From: an uncultured Gemmatimonadales bacterium
Lineage (GTDB): Bacteria; Gemmatimonadota; Gemmatimonadetes; Gemmatimonadales; Gemmatimonadaceae
Assembly: GCA_963850905.1 (NCBI GenBank)
Contig: CAWKMU010000003.1
Coordinates: forward strand, 2,624,001 to 2,688,000
Reading direction: 5' to 3'
Length of the DNA stretch: 64,000 nt
Shown: positions 23,470 through 35,599 of the stretch, in pieces
Layout: every line of letters begins with the position of its first letter
Numbering within the stretch: the first letter of the stretch is position 1
Notes under the pieces: model-generated
The model's input: only the letters and a program-made list of their open reading frames with translations
The model's database searches: none
Told to the model about the DNA's origin: nothing
Translations under genes and position numbers: made by a program

Positions 23470-24450
23470 ATGGGCTGGGCAAGTAGCGCGGGGCCGAACG
23501 ACAATCCGTCGGGGCATCCGACGCCCGCGACCGACCCACGCGACGAGCCGAGCCCGCCCCCGACACCCGCGAAAGGCGCTCGGACGCCGGTCTCCGAGTT
23601 GACACAGCGGGTGCTATTCGGTGCACTGGCGGCGCCGGTGACCGTCGCCTTGATCTGGATCGGCGGCGTACCGATGGCGCTGCTCCTGAGCGCCGCGGCG
23701 GGCGTTGCGGCGTGGGAGCTGTTCCGGATGGCGCGCACGACAGGCGCAGACCCGCTCGCAGGCCTCGGGATCGCTGCCGCGGCACTACTCCCCCTCTATC
23801 TGGTCACCGAACCCCGCGGCGTCTTCGAGTTCCCGCCAGCACTCCTCGCCGGCGTCATCGTGGTCGTGCTGTCGGCGGCGATCTGGCTGCGCGGCGCCGC
23901 CGGACGACCGCTCTCGTCCGTCGCGACGACGATATTCGGCATCGGATACACGGGTGGACTGCTCAGTTTCGCCCAGGGAATCCGCTACCACCGATACGTC
24001 GTCACTGAGATGGCGGGCGCCGCGCTGCTGCTCCTGCCCGTGCTGCTGACCTGGGCCAATGATATCGGTGCCTTTTTCTCAGGCAGGCTGCTCGGGCGTC
24101 GCAAGCTCATCCCGACCGTCAGCCCGGGGAAAACGGTCGCCGGCGCGATCGGCGGGCTCGTTGCCTGCCTGATACTGTGCTGGGTATATGTACAATTCGT
24201 CTTGCGGCCGTTTGCCCAGCTCAGCCTCAGCCCGCGCAACCTCGTGGCATTCGCGGTCGTCGTCAGCGCAGCGGGGCAACTCGGGGATCTTGCGGAGTCT
24301 CTACTCAAGCGGGAGGCGGGCGTGAAGAACAGCTCGGGGATTTTCCCCGGCCACGGCGGCGTACTCGATCGCATAGATAGCCTCCTGTTCGTGCTGCCAG
24401 TGGCGTGGGCGCTCTTCAGCGTTCCCGGCCTCCTGCTCCCCGTGCCGTGA
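23470..24450 (+). CDS. cdsA: Phosphatidate cytidylyltransferase (start uncertain)
   Basis: Multi-TM; WANDIGAF, SPGKT, GDLAESLLKREAGVKNS, PGHGGVLDRIDS. Confidence 0.93.
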   Translation: MGWASSAGPNDNPSGHPTPATDPRDEPSPPPTPAKGARTPVSELTQRVLFGALAAPVTVALIWIGGVPMALLLSAAAGVAAWELFRMARTTGADPLAGLGIAAAALLPLYLVTEPRGVFEFPPALLAGVIVVVLSAAIWLRGAAGRPLSSVATTIFGIGYTGGLLSFAQGIRYHRYVVTEMAGAALLLLPVLLTWANDIGAFFSGRLLGRRKLIPTVSPGKTVAGAIGGLVACLILCWVYVQFVLRPFAQLSLSPRNLVAFAVVVSAAGQLGDLAESLLKREAGVKNSSGIFPGHGGVLDRIDSLLFVLPVAWALFSVPGLLLPVP

Positions 24451-25649
24451 GCGGCCGACCACGTCGGGCCGGCCGCGACATACCGCGGTCCACGCCTCGA
24501 GGAGTTGCCGTACTCGGATCGACCGGGTCGATCGGGACAACGGCCCTCCGCGTACTGGATCGTCAGCGAGGGGCATTCAAGGTCGAAGCCCTCACGGCAT
24601 ACGAGAACGCGACGCTCCTGGAAGAGCAGGCGCGACGATTCGTCCCTCCCTACGTCGGCCTCGTCCACGATGGGCGCCCGCATCCGGCCGAGTGGCAGAC
24701 GGGGCCCGATTGCCTGGTTGGCGCGGCCACTTTGGCGTGCGTCGACATCGTCCTCAACGCCGTCGTCGGAGCCGCGGGTCTCGATGCGACGCTCGCTGGG
24801 TTGCGAGCGGGCAAGCGGGTCGCGCTGGCCAACAAGGAGACGCTCGTTGTCGCTGGTGAGCTGGTCGCCGCGGCCGCCGCGGAGGGCAAGGGCGAGGTCG
24901 TGCCCGTGGATAGCGAGCATTCGGCAATTCTGCAGTGCGTCGGTCATCGGCCAAGGGCGGAGATCCGGCGACTTTTGCTCACGGCGTCCGGCGGACCTTT
25001 CCGAGGGTGGACGCGCGAGCGACTAGAGCAGGCAACCGTGGCGGACGCTTTGCGGCATCCAACATGGCGTATGGGTCGCAAGATCACCGTCGATAGCGCC
25101 ACGCTGGCCAACAAGGCACTGGAGGTCATCGAGGCCCACTTTCTCTTCGGGGTGCCCTATGACCGGATCGAGGTGGTCGTGCACCCCCAGAGTGTGGTCC
25201 ACTCGTTTGTCGAGTTTATCGATGGCAGCGTGCTCGCCCAGGTTGGCATGCCGAGCATGGAGCTGCCGGTGCTGTACGCGCTCACGCACCCTGAACGCCT
25301 GGCAGACGAAGGGGTAGCACCCTTCGATCCGGTCGCCGCGTCACCGCTCACGTTCGAGCGTGTGCGCGCAGATGACTTTCCTGCATTGGCGTTGGGGTTG
25401 GCGGCCGGTCGCGCGGGCGGTGCGGCGCCAGCCGTATTCAATGCCGCCAATGAACAGGCAGTTGCGTTGTTTCTGGAGGGACGGATGGGTTTTGCAGCGA
25501 TCGCGCCAGCGATCGAAGAGGCGCTGACCGCACTCGCGGGTGCCGCGGCACACGACCGGACAGCCTTGCTCGCTGCCGACGCAGCGGCGCGCGCACATGT
25601 GCGTGAGAGCGTCGGGATCCCGGCGGTAAGTCACGCGCAGGAAAGCTGA
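24447..25649 (+). CDS. dxr: 1-deoxy-D-xylulose-5-phosphate reductoisomerase
   Basis: LGSTGSIG, ALANKETLV, PVDSEHSAI, HPTWRMGRKITVDSATL, NAANE. Confidence 0.96.
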   Translation: MSGRPRRAGRDIPRSTPRGVAVLGSTGSIGTTALRVLDRQRGAFKVEALTAYENATLLEEQARRFVPPYVGLVHDGRPHPAEWQTGPDCLVGAATLACVDIVLNAVVGAAGLDATLAGLRAGKRVALANKETLVVAGELVAAAAAEGKGEVVPVDSEHSAILQCVGHRPRAEIRRLLLTASGGPFRGWTRERLEQATVADALRHPTWRMGRKITVDSATLANKALEVIEAHFLFGVPYDRIEVVVHPQSVVHSFVEFIDGSVLAQVGMPSMELPVLYALTHPERLADEGVAPFDPVAASPLTFERVRADDFPALALGLAAGRAGGAAPAVFNAANEQAVALFLEGRMGFAAIAPAIEEALTALAGAAAHDRTALLAADAAARAHVRESVGIPAVSHAQES

Positions 25650-25653
25650 GGCG

Positions 25654-26818
25654 ATGGGCAGCTTCCTTCCGTATCTCGCGCCGGTGCTGGTCTTTGGTCT
25701 CGTGGTATTCGTCCACGAGTTTGGGCACTTTCTCGCCGCGAAGCTGCTGGGCGTGTACGCACCGCGCTTCTCGATTGGATTTGGGCCGGCCTTATGGGCG
25801 CGTCGCTGGGGCGAGACCGAGTACCGACTCGCCGCGCTGCCATTCGGTGGCTATGTGCGCATGGCATCGCGCGAAGATGAACCGAGCGCAATGCTCGAGG
25901 GCGGGCCCGAAGAGGCGCCCGCTGACGGCGGCGACCCGAATGCGATGATGCCGTTCGGGCCCAAGCCAGTGCCCCCGGATCGATGGTTCGAATCGAAGTC
26001 GCTGCCCGCTCGGCTCGCGATTATGCTCGCTGGCGTCTTTATGAACGTCGTCCTGACGTTCGTCATCATTCTCGGTCTTGCCCTGTACTACGGCGAGCCG
26101 ACCGCGTCGACTGCGCCAGTCATCGAGCGAGTCGTTCCGGGGATGCCAGCGGCCGGCGCCGGCCTGGTCAGCGGCGACAGCATCAGCGCCATCGGCACAA
26201 TCCCCATCCACAGCTGGGACGAACTGGTGCAGCACGTTTCTGCCGCTGCGGGTCAACCGCTCAGGTTTGCCGTCTGGACGCACGGCACCGAGCGGACTGT
26301 GACGATCACGCCGCAAGCGACCCCCGACACCAATCCCGCGACCGGAGCCGTCCGCACCGTCGGCAAGATCGGCGCGGCCCGGCGGCTGGAGCGGCACCCG
26401 ATGGGATTCGACCATGCACTCGGCAACGCGTGGCGCGGGACGTGGCGATCTGCCGGTCTGGTCGTGCTGACGATTCGCGAGCTCGCGACCAAGTCGTCTG
26501 CGTGGCACAGCCTCTCGGGCCCCGTCGGCATCTCGGAAGTATTCGGTTGACACCGCTCGGAGTGGCTTCGCCGACCTGCTGTCCTTAATCGCAATTCTGA
26601 GCATCAATGTCGCGCTGTTCAACCTGCTCCCGATACCGATTCTCGACGGCGGTCAGGTGGTCGTCAACGTGGCGGAAGCAATCAAGGGCAGGCCGTTCAG
26701 CGCGCAGACTCGCGAGGCGATTCTTCGCATCGGGTTGATCACCATCGCAGCGTTGTTCTTGTTGGTGATGTACAACGATCGGTGCCAACTGATCAGCGCG
26801 CTCTGCTCAGCCCGCTGA
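25654..26818 (+). CDS. rseP: RIP metalloprotease RseP with PDZ domain; frameshift ~26540
   Basis: HEFGH, FSIGFG, SGPVGI; the downstream frame has FNLLPIPILDGG and MYND. Confidence 0.92.
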
Positions 26819-27282
26819 GGCACCGGCTCCCGGTTGGTGCGCTCCGCGCACCGATCGGCCGAGCGTTTCTCGAACGGGCTCCGAGACGTACCAGGAGCTA
26901 CTGCGTCGGGATCGCCCTCACGGCCTGCGCACTCGCGAGTCCGTCGCGCCTGCGCGCGCAGACGGCCTACGTCCGCTTTGACATCATCTCGATCGACGAC
27001 TCGACCTTCACGTTCGCGACAACCGGTTCGTCGTGGGTCAAGTCGTCACGGACCGGAATCGTCGTCGATCCGCTGCACGGCGATGAGCTCATCGCAAAGT
27101 TCCGCGTGTCCAAAGCGCACAAGGGAACCGCCACCGGGATCGTGACCGGCCAAACCGCTCGCCTCTCCGGCACCGACGTCGCGCTCCTGACTCAGCCACA
27201 CCCACTCTTCCTGACGCGCCCGTGGTTCTGGATTGGCGTGGCCGCGGGGGCCGTGATCGGGTTTGTGGCGCATGGGCACTAA
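26782..27282 (+). CDS. Hypothetical exported protein with C-terminal membrane anchor (start uncertain)
   Basis: Signal-like segment ending LRAQ; beta-rich core; terminal RPWFWIGVAAGAVIGFVAH. Confidence 0.6.
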   Translation: MPTDQRALLSPLRHRLPVGALRAPIGRAFLERAPRRTRSYCVGIALTACALASPSRLRAQTAYVRFDIISIDDSTFTFATTGSSWVKSSRTGIVVDPLHGDELIAKFRVSKAHKGTATGIVTGQTARLSGTDVALLTQPHPLFLTRPWFWIGVAAGAVIGFVAHGH

Positions 27283-27286
27283 CGAC

Positions 27287-27398
27287 GGGGTCAGGGGTCA
27301 GGGGTCAGGGAACAACCGAAAGGCCAGTAGGAGCAACGCCTACTGGCCTTTCGAGTTCGTCGTGGTTCCCTGACCCCTGACCCCTGATCCCTGACCCC
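27287..27398. repeat. Inverted (GGGGTCA)n heptamer element with 15-bp inner stem; probable bidirectional terminator
   Basis: (GGGGTCA)3GGGAACAAC-CGAAAGGCCAGTAGG-agcaacg-CCTACTGGCCTTTCG-...GTGGTTCCC(TGACCCC)-type x4; between convergent genes. Confidence 0.88.
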
Positions 27399-27425
27399 GC
27401 CGTTCAGTCTCCACACCAAATGACC

Positions 27426-28982
27426 TCACTCGCCACACACTAGCCTCACCTTCAGCGGCGGCGCCGCGTGGTTCAGCGCGATGTGCACGGTGTCGCGATA
27501 GGACGCGCAGTAACGGGCCGAGATGACGACTGCGTAGGTGCCAACAGGGAGCGTGACCGGGGCGCTGAGAGGCGTGCGGCCACGAATGACGCGACCGTCG
27601 TCGAGTGCTTGGAACGTGTACAGCGTGGCCGCGGGTCGCGTGTCGAGATGGACTGTTCCGAAGCCGCGGTCCTTATCGGGTGGCGGTGTCGTCTCTGGCG
27701 CGCCGTCAGTCGTCGGTTGGCCGGGCGTGTTCACAGCGGTACTGTTCGCGGCCGCCAGTGGGTGCGCGAGATGATGAACCGACAGTGAGCCGCCCGCCGC
27801 GTCCGATGGCCGCGCGCCCACGGGTCCCACCGTCCCGTGGCTGGCGTCCGCCGATCGTGTATCGCCCGATGCAGGCGTCGTGACGGTCGTATCAAGAACG
27901 CTGCCCGATCCCCCCACACCGACGCTGCCATGAGCCTGTGGTGGCGCGGACGCCGGCGTGCGGTGCCAACCGAACCATCCGCGCTTCGCGGCCAGTGGCG
28001 TACCGACCAGCAGCACGAGCGCAAGGGTCGCGAGCGTGCCGCCCAGCACCCGGCGTCGCCACCGGGGACGGCGGACCGTCGGCATGACGATGGGGGCCGT
28101 GGGCGTTTCGGAGGATCCCGGCGCCGAGGCGCTCCGCATCGCGATCGTGTCACTGCGCTCGAGGCTGAGCGCGCCGAGCGCTTGACAGAGCGCCTCACCG
28201 GTCTGATACCGCCCCGCCGGGTCCTTCTCGAGACAGCGCAGAATGACGCGCTCGACGTCACGCGAGAGCTGCGGATTGTGGACGCGCGGCCGGACGGGTC
28301 GATCCTCGACATGCTGGCGAGCGATCTCGTACCAGTCCTCGCCGGTGAAGGGCAGGACTCCGGCAGCGGATCGATAGAGCGTGACGCCCAGCGAATAAAT
28401 GTCGGCCCGGCCATCCAATGGCTGCCCGCGCGCTTGCTCCGGGGAGAAGTACTGCGGCGTGCCGACCACCATGTTCGTGCCCGTTTGCTGCACGTAGTTC
28501 GATACGGCACGCGCGATCCCGAAGTCCGCGACGATAGCGTTGCCGTGTTCATCGAACAGGATGTTGTCGACTTTGATGTCGCGGTGGACGACGCCCTCCC
28601 GGTGTGCGAAGCCCAGCGCGCTGGCGACGTCGATCCCCATCCGGATGAGCATTGCCTCGGGCAGTTTGCTCATCACCTCGAGCCGGTCGGGCAGTCCCTG
28701 GGGGAGGAAGTCCATGGCGAAGTACACGGCCTCGCCGTCCTTGCCCACCGCGAAGATCTTGATGATGTTCGGGTGCCTGAGCCGGGCGGCCGTCGCAGCT
28801 TCGCGTCGGAAGCGCTGCTCGAACTGCTCATCGCCCGCGTACTGGGGTTTGAGCACCTTGAGCGCCACCGGGATCTCGAGCTCGGGGTCAAACGCTTTGT
28901 AGACCCACGCGAAGCCACCCGTGCCGACGACCGCGTCGATCCGGAATTTGCCCAGCGTCCGTCCCAGGAACCGTTCGGGCAC
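27426..28982 (-). CDS. Hanks-type Ser/Thr protein kinase with TM helix and C-terminal PEGA-like domain
   Basis: GTGGFAWV, VALKVL, HRDIKVDN, DFGIAR, GTPQYFSPEQ, DIYSLG. Confidence 0.93.
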   Translation of the reverse strand: MPERFLGRTLGKFRIDAVVGTGGFAWVYKAFDPELEIPVALKVLKPQYAGDEQFEQRFRREAATAARLRHPNIIKIFAVGKDGEAVYFAMDFLPQGLPDRLEVMSKLPEAMLIRMGIDVASALGFAHREGVVHRDIKVDNILFDEHGNAIVADFGIARAVSNYVQQTGTNMVVGTPQYFSPEQARGQPLDGRADIYSLGVTLYRSAAGVLPFTGEDWYEIARQHVEDRPVRPRVHNPQLSRDVERVILRCLEKDPAGRYQTGEALCQALGALSLERSDTIAMRSASAPGSSETPTAPIVMPTVRRPRWRRRVLGGTLATLALVLLVGTPLAAKRGWFGWHRTPASAPPQAHGSVGVGGSGSVLDTTVTTPASGDTRSADASHGTVGPVGARPSDAAGGSLSVHHLAHPLAAANSTAVNTPGQPTTDGAPETTPPPDKDRGFGTVHLDTRPAATLYTFQALDDGRVIRGRTPLSAPVTLPVGTYAVVISARYCASYRDTVHIALNHAAPPLKVRLVCGE

Positions 28983-29155
28983 GGTCAGGGCCCTGCAGCA
29001 GTCGGTCTGGCAGGCACGACCTGGGGGTCGCGAGGGCGGGAGGCGGGGCCGAAGTGCGTCGCGGGATCCTTTACAGCGGTCGGCAAGTCCAGTAAACTAC
29101 AAGGCTTAATAGACTTTGGCGAATCGCGCGCGGCCGCGCGCGGGGAATATATCAC

Positions 29156-29416
29156 ATGGCATTTGAAAAAGCACCGACGATCCAGCAGTACCGTATCCAT
29201 GAGACAGATACCGGGTCGTCCCGTGTACAGGTGGCGGTTCTCACCGCCCGTATCAACTATCTCACCGACCACTTTCGGGGCCATCCCAAGGACCATCACG
29301 GGCGCCGCGGATTGCTCAAGATGGTGGGTCAACGCCGCCGGCTGCTCAACTATTTGAAGCGGACCGACGTCGACGGTTACCGATCGCTCATCGATACACT
29401 CGGGCTTCGGTATTAG
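29156..29416 (+). CDS. rpsO: 30S ribosomal protein S15
   Basis: [32 protein letters not shown]. Confidence 0.97.
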   Translation: MAFEKAPTIQQYRIHETDTGSSRVQVAVLTARINYLTDHFRGHPKDHHGRRGLLKMVGQRRRLLNYLKRTDVDGYRSLIDTLGLRY

Positions 29417-29566
29417 TGCGTGCGAAGCATCGAGGCGACGGGTGTCGCCTGCCGTGGTGCTTCCTCGACGGTTTTGCGGCCACGGGCCGGTCCAGTAGAG
29501 CAACGGCACGATGTCATGGCGACGGCGTGAGCGGATTGAGCGGATTGGGCACTTCAGTTTAGGCAC

Positions 29567-29617
29567 GGGCGTCACCAAAGGCCGCCAGCGGCCGCGCGTG
29601 ACGCCCCTTCTTTTTTT
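29567..29617 (+). terminator. Intrinsic terminator/attenuator between rpsO and pnp
   Basis: GGGCGTCAC...GTGACGCCC followed by CTTCTTTTTTT. Confidence 0.6.
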
Positions 29618-29626
29618 CGGACATCC

Positions 29627-31856
29627 ATGCAACGAGTAGAGCGTACGTTTGCCGGGCGGCGTCTCGTGATCGAGACGGGCCGCATGGCCAAGCAGGCCGC
29701 AGGGTCGGCCCTTGTCACCTTCGGCGAGACCATGGTGCTCGCCGCCGTTTCTGTCAGCGATAGTGTGAGCACGTTGCCGTTTTTCCCGCTCACGGTTGAG
29801 TACAAGGAGCGCACCTACGCTGCCGGGAAGATCCCCGGAGGGTTTATCAAGCGCGAGGGGCGGCCGCAGGACGCGGAGATCCTCTCCGCCCGCATCATCG
29901 ACCGATCCATCCGCCCGCTCTTTCCGGAAGGGTTCAAGAACGAGGTCCAGGTTTTCATCTACGTGATCTCGGCTGACCAACAGAACGACGCAGATGTGCT
30001 CGCTCTGCTCGCGACGTCGGTCGCCATCAACGCCTCGAGGATCCCGTTTTCCGGCCCGATTGCCGGCGTGCGCGTTGGTCGGGTGCAGGATAAGTGGGTG
30101 CTCAACCCGACGTTCCAGCAACTCGAGTACACGGACCTGGATCTCGTCATCGCCGGCAGCAAGGATTCGATCGTGATGGTGGAAGGCGGTGCGCTGGAGG
30201 TGTCCGAGGCGGACGTCGTCGACGCACTGCAGATCGGCCACAGCGGCATCCGCGAGCTCGTCGCGGCGCAGGAAGAGCTGCTCCGGCAGATGCCGCGAGC
30301 ACAGAAGATGTCGTGGACCCGCCCCGAGCTGCCCCCCGGACTCGAGGCTCGCGTCAGCGACCTGGCACGCGGCCGGATCAGCGACGCCATCAACCTGACC
30401 GACAAGCACGGCCGGATCGACGCCGTGGCGCAGGTCAAGAAGGAGCTCGGCGAGCTGCTGCTCGCAGAGTTCCCGGACAATCCCCGCGACATCATCACGA
30501 TCGTCGGCGACGCCGAGTATCACGCGTTGCGGTCGCAGGTGCTGAGCAGCGGCCACCGAGTCGACGGCCGCACCGCACGCGAGGTGAGACCGATCTCCAT
30601 CGACATTGGGCTGCTGCCGCGTGCACACGGGTCGGCGCCTGTTCACGCGTGGTCAGACGCAGGCACTGGTTGCGGTGACGCTCGGTACGGCCAACGATGT
30701 GCAGCGCCTCGACACCATCGACGAAGCTGGCGAGACGACGAAGTCGTTCATGTTACACTACAATTTCCCGCCGTTCTCGACCGGAGAGGTCCGACCCGTC
30801 CGCGGCACGAGCCGTCGGGAGATCGGTCACGGTCATCTCGCCGAGCGGGCGTTGCAAGGGGTATTGCCCGACTTCGATGAATTCCCGTACACGATCCGCG
30901 TCGTATCCGATGTCCTCGAGTCCAACGGCTCCTCCTCGATGGCCTCCGTATGCGGCGGATCGCTGGCGCTGTTTGACGCCGGTGTCCCCGTGCGGAGCGC
31001 GGTTGCGGGCGTCGCGATGGGACTCATCAAGGAAGGCAACAAGTACGCGATCCTGACCGATATCCTCGGGACCGAGGACCACCTGGGCGACATGGACTTC
31101 AAGGTGGCAGGGACCGAGCGAGGCATCACGTCGATCCAGATGGACATCAAGGTCGAAGGCCTCGATGTCTCGATCATGGAGGAGGCACTCGCCCAGGCGC
31201 GAGAGGGTCGGCTCCACATCCTGCAGGCAATGAGTGAGGCGCTGGCCGAGCCCCGCAAGGACCTGTCACCGTACGCCCCGCGCATCGTGACCATGAACAT
31301 CAGCCCCGAGAAGATCGGCGACCTGATCGGTCCGAAGGGCAAGACGATCCGCGGGATCCAGGACGAAACCGGAGCCGAGATCACGGTCGACGATAGCGGC
31401 TTGGTGACGATCGCTGCGGTCGGTGGCGAGGCGATGGAGCGCGCGAAACAGATGGTCCAGGCGCTCACGGCGGAGCCGGTCGTCGGCGAGACGTACGAGG
31501 GGACGGTCAAGAGCACCACGCCCTTCGGAGCGTTCATCGAGATCATGCCAGGCACCGAAGCGCTCCTCCACATCTCGGAGATGCGGTGGGGTCGCACCGA
31601 CAAGACGGAGGACGTCGTCAAGCGGGGCGATCGCGTCCGCGTGAAGCTGATCGATCGCGATGAGCGCGGGCGCCTGCGGCTCTCAATGAAGGCGCTACAG
31701 CCGAAGCCTGAAGGCGTCGACGAGGGGAATGGCAATCGGCCGCCCGCGGAGCGGTCGAGCGGTGGTGAGCGAGACGATGCCGGTCGGGGCGACGATCGTC
31801 CGCGTCGAGGCGGCCGAGCCGGTTCGGCACGCTCATCGTCCCGCCGCCGCGAGTGA
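29627..31856 (+). CDS. pnp: Polyribonucleotide nucleotidyltransferase; frameshift ~30638
   Basis: [55 protein letters not shown], plus KH and S1 domains. Confidence 0.97.
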
Positions 31857-33181
31857 GCGACGGGCAAAGCGGCCGGCGCTCCCCAGCCCGGCACATCATT
31901 GCGACGGCAGGTTCCGTGGTGTCGAGTACCGCCGCCGATTCGGCGCTGCGATCCACCACGCTTCCCAACGGTCTGATCGTCGTCTCGGAGTTCATGCCGG
32001 GCGTGCGATCCATTGCCCTCGGTGCGTGGGTCCGGGCCGCCTCGCTGCACGAGCGCCGCGAGGCCATGGGCGTCTCGCACCTGCTCGAGCACATGGTGTT
32101 CAAGGGAACTGCCAGACGCAGTGCCCGCGACATCGCCCTCGCGCTCGAGGGCCTCGGCGGGTCGCTCGACGCCTACACGGCACGCGAGCACACGGCCTAC
32201 CAAGCCCGAGCGTTGGACATGAACCTCCGGGACGCCGCAGACGTATTGGTCGACCTCGTCTACCGGCCCCTGCTGCGGGCGTCTGATCTCAAGCTCGAGC
32301 GCCAGGTGGTACTCGAGGAGATCAGCATGGTGCAAGACACGCCGGACGATCTCGTCTTCGAGCTGCACAACGAAGCGCTCTGGGGCCCGCATCCCTACGG
32401 CTACTCGATCCTGGGGACTCGGGACAGCGTTTCAAGGTTGGGCGTGTCGGATCTTCGGGCGGTCCACGACGGCGCCTATCACCCCGCGCAGACCGTCGTC
32501 GCCGCGGCGGGGAACGTCGACCATGACGTGCTGTTGGATGTGCTCGCTGAAACGGGATGGACCGATCTGCCGCGAGGTCCTGAACCGCCGCCCCGCTGGC
32601 CAAGTCCGACGCCGGTCCCCCCGTGCACGCAGCATGTGGCGCGCGACGGGGCACAGACGCACATCGTCTTCGGTTCGTCGGCCGTCTCGCACGGCGACCC
32701 GCGGCGGTATACCCTCGCACTCGTGAGCACGGTCCTGGGCGGCGGCATGAGCTCGCGCCTCTTTCAGCGCGTCCGCGAAGAACTCGGGCTCGCGTACGCC
32801 GTCTACACGTTCCAGTCGTTTCATGCGGACACTGGGACCCACGGTGTCTACGCCGCCACCGCGCCTGATACGCGCGCAGAAGGCGATCGAGGCGATCCAG
32901 CACGAGTTGGCCCGCCTCGCCGCGGACGGGCTCTCGCCAGAGGAAATGCAGTCCGGCAAAAACCAACTCGAAGGGTCAGGTGACGCTCTCCCTGGAGAGC
33001 GTCACCTCTCGCATGTATCGAGCGGCCGGTGTCGAGCTCTACGGCGAGCCGTTCCGCTCGCTGGACGCAGTCCTGGCGGAGATCGACGCGCATCACCGAC
33101 GACGATGTGCGCGCCGCGTGCCGTGAGTTCTTTCCACCCGAGCGACAGACGCTGCTGACGCTGGGTCCTGGCCTTGACTAG
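31853..33181 (+). CDS. M16 family zinc peptidase; frameshifts ~32870, ~32972, ~33091
   Basis: HLLEH (HxxEH), [30 protein letters not shown]; usual position after pnp. Confidence 0.9.
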
Positions 33182-33222
33182 CCTCCCTCTGACCTCTCAC
33201 CCCGTTACCTGATCATCTTCCC

Positions 33223-34337
33223 ATGAAAATCGGCGTTCCGAAGGAGATCAAAACCAACGAGAATCGCATCGCCCTCGTCCCGGCTGGCGCCGAAGCGCTG
33301 GTCGCCGCGGGGCACTCGGTTCTTGTCGAGCGTGGCGCGGGCGAAGGCAGTGGCTTCGCCGACGAGCTCTACACCCAGGTGGGGGCGCCGATCGCGCCGG
33401 ATGCCGATAGCGTGTGGCGAGACGCCGAGATGATCCTCAAGGTGAAGGAGCCGATCGAGCCCGAATGGCCGCGGATTCGACGGGGTCAGGTGCTGTTTAC
33501 GTACTTCCATTTCGCGGCCAGATGAGCCGCTCACGCGGGCGCATCTCAAGAGCGGCGCCGTCTGCATTGCCTACGAGACCGTCGAGTTACCGTCGCGCGA
33601 GTTGCCGTTGCTGACGCCGATGTCCGAGGTCGCCGGACGCATGGCCGTTCAGGAAGGTGCCAAGTACCTCGAGAAGCTCTATGGCGGCCGCGGCGTGCTG
33701 CTGGGCGGCGTGCCGGGTGTCGTGCCCGCCAAGGTCGTGATCCTCGGCGGCGGCATCGTCGGCATCAACGCCGCTAAGATGGCGGCGGGCATGGGTGCGT
33801 CGGTGGTGGTCCTCGATCTCTCCCTCGAGCGGCTGCGGTACCTCTCCGATGTGATGCCGCCCAACGTCATGCTGATTCACTCCAATCGCCACAACATCCT
33901 CGAGCAGCTACCCACCGCCGACCTCGTTGGTCGGAGCCGTGCTCGTTGCCGGCGCCAAGGCGCCGCGGCTCGTCCGTCGAGACGATCTCAAGCTCATGCG
34001 GCCGGGATCGGTGATCGTCGACGTGGCGATCGATCAGGGCGGCTGCGTAGAGACGATCCACGCCACGACGCACGAGAATCCGACGTACGTCGTGGACGGC
34101 GTCATTCACTACGGCGTTGCAAACATGCCGGGCGGCGTGCCGCGAACGTCGACGCTGGCGCTGACCAACGCGACGTTCCCGTACGCGCTGCAGCTCGCAA
34201 ACAAGGGATGGAAGCGCGCGCTGGCCGATCAACCCGCGTTGCTCCACGGCCTCAACATCGTCGACGGTCACGTGACCTATCCCGGCGTTGCTGAGGCGTT
34301 CGGTATGCCGTACGAGGAGCCGCGGAAATTCATCTGA
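33223..34337 (+). CDS. ald: Alanine dehydrogenase; frameshifts ~33518 and ~33928
   Basis: [49 protein letters not shown]. Confidence 0.95.
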
Positions 34338-34374
34338 GGGTATCTCGGGAGTGCGGACGTTCCAAACATTTCTC

Positions 34375-34403
34375 TTGATCGTCTTCGGGGGGCGGGCTAG
34401 CTT
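34375..34403 (+). promoter_or_regulatory. Sigma70-type promoter of the mre operon
   Basis: TTGATC-N17-TAGCTT. Confidence 0.6.
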
Positions 34404-34538
34404 ACCGCTCGCCCCGCTCGTCGATCACGCGGGAGACGTTCCTTGAGTTTCCAGCCGCTCCGAGAGCCACGCGGCCGCTGTTGGAGCAACGCGTGCGTCG
34501 CCCGCAGGCGCTCGCCGTGAGAATCTATCTTTAATGCG

Positions 34539-35576
34539 TTGGCCTTTCTTTCGAACGGATCGCGCTCGCTGTTTCCGGCAAACGCGATCGCCGTGGATCT
34601 GGGAACGGCGAACACCCTCGTGTACGTGAAAGGCGAGGGGATCGTGCTCAACGAGCCATCGGTCGTCGCGATCGATCGGGAGACCAAGAAGATCAAGGGC
34701 GTCGGCCTCGAGGCGAAGCGGATGCTCGGCCGCACGCCGGACGGCATCCTCGCAGTGCGACCGATGAAGGACGGCGTGATCGCCGACTTCGACGTCACCG
34801 AGAAGATGCTCCGGTACTTCCTGACGCTGATCATCGAGAACCACGTCTTCAAGGTGAAGCCGCGCGTCATCGTGTGCGTGCCGTCGGGCATCACCGAGGT
34901 GGAGAAGCGCGCAGTCCGGGACTCGGCGCTGGGCGCGGGGGCCAAGGAGGTCTTCATGGTCGCCGAGCCGATGGCCGCCGCGATCGGCGTAGGCCTGCCG
35001 GTCGAGACGCCGACCGGCAACATGGTCATCGACATCGGAGGCGGCACGACCGAGATCGCGGTCATCGCGCTGTCCGGTATCGTCAGCGACACCTCGATCC
35101 GAACGGGTGGCGACGAGCTCGACATGGCGATCGTTCAGTTCATGCGCAAGAACTACAACCTCCTCATCGGCGAGCCGACCGCCGAGCTGATCAAGATTCA
35201 GATCGGATCGGCCGCTCCGGTTGGTGAGGAGCGCGAGATGGAGGTCAAAGGCCGCGACCTGGTGTCAGGCATCCCCAAGACCGTGCGCGTCCACTCCGCC
35301 GAGATTCGCGAGGCGATCCAGGAGCCGATCCAGCAGATCGTGGACGCCGTGCGCCGAGCGCTGGAGATCACGCCGCCCGAGCTCGCCAGTGACATCGTCG
35401 ACCGCGGGATCGTCATGACGGGCGGCGGCGCGCTCATTCGCGGGTTGGATCTCCTACTCAGCCAGGAAACGAGCCTGCCCATCCACGTCGACGAGGATCC
35501 TCTCACGTGCGTTGTTCGCGGGACCGGACGGATTCTGGACGACGAGGACAAGTACTGGTCGGTCTTGAGCAGTTGA
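34539..35576 (+). CDS. mreB: Rod shape-determining protein MreB
   Basis: [30 protein letters not shown]. Confidence 0.97.
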   Translation: MAFLSNGSRSLFPANAIAVDLGTANTLVYVKGEGIVLNEPSVVAIDRETKKIKGVGLEAKRMLGRTPDGILAVRPMKDGVIADFDVTEKMLRYFLTLIIENHVFKVKPRVIVCVPSGITEVEKRAVRDSALGAGAKEVFMVAEPMAAAIGVGLPVETPTGNMVIDIGGGTTEIAVIALSGIVSDTSIRTGGDELDMAIVQFMRKNYNLLIGEPTAELIKIQIGSAAPVGEEREMEVKGRDLVSGIPKTVRVHSAEIREAIQEPIQQIVDAVRRALEITPPELASDIVDRGIVMTGGGALIRGLDLLLSQETSLPIHVDEDPLTCVVRGTGRILDDEDKYWSVLSS

Positions 35577-35599
35577 GCCCTCGGCGTGTGAGCTGAACC

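Noticed and set aside
22684..24450. Apparent 588-aa UppS-CdsA fusion in the ORF track
   Set aside because: Produced by the uppS indels. The UppS C-terminus lies in another frame with its own stop at 23450.
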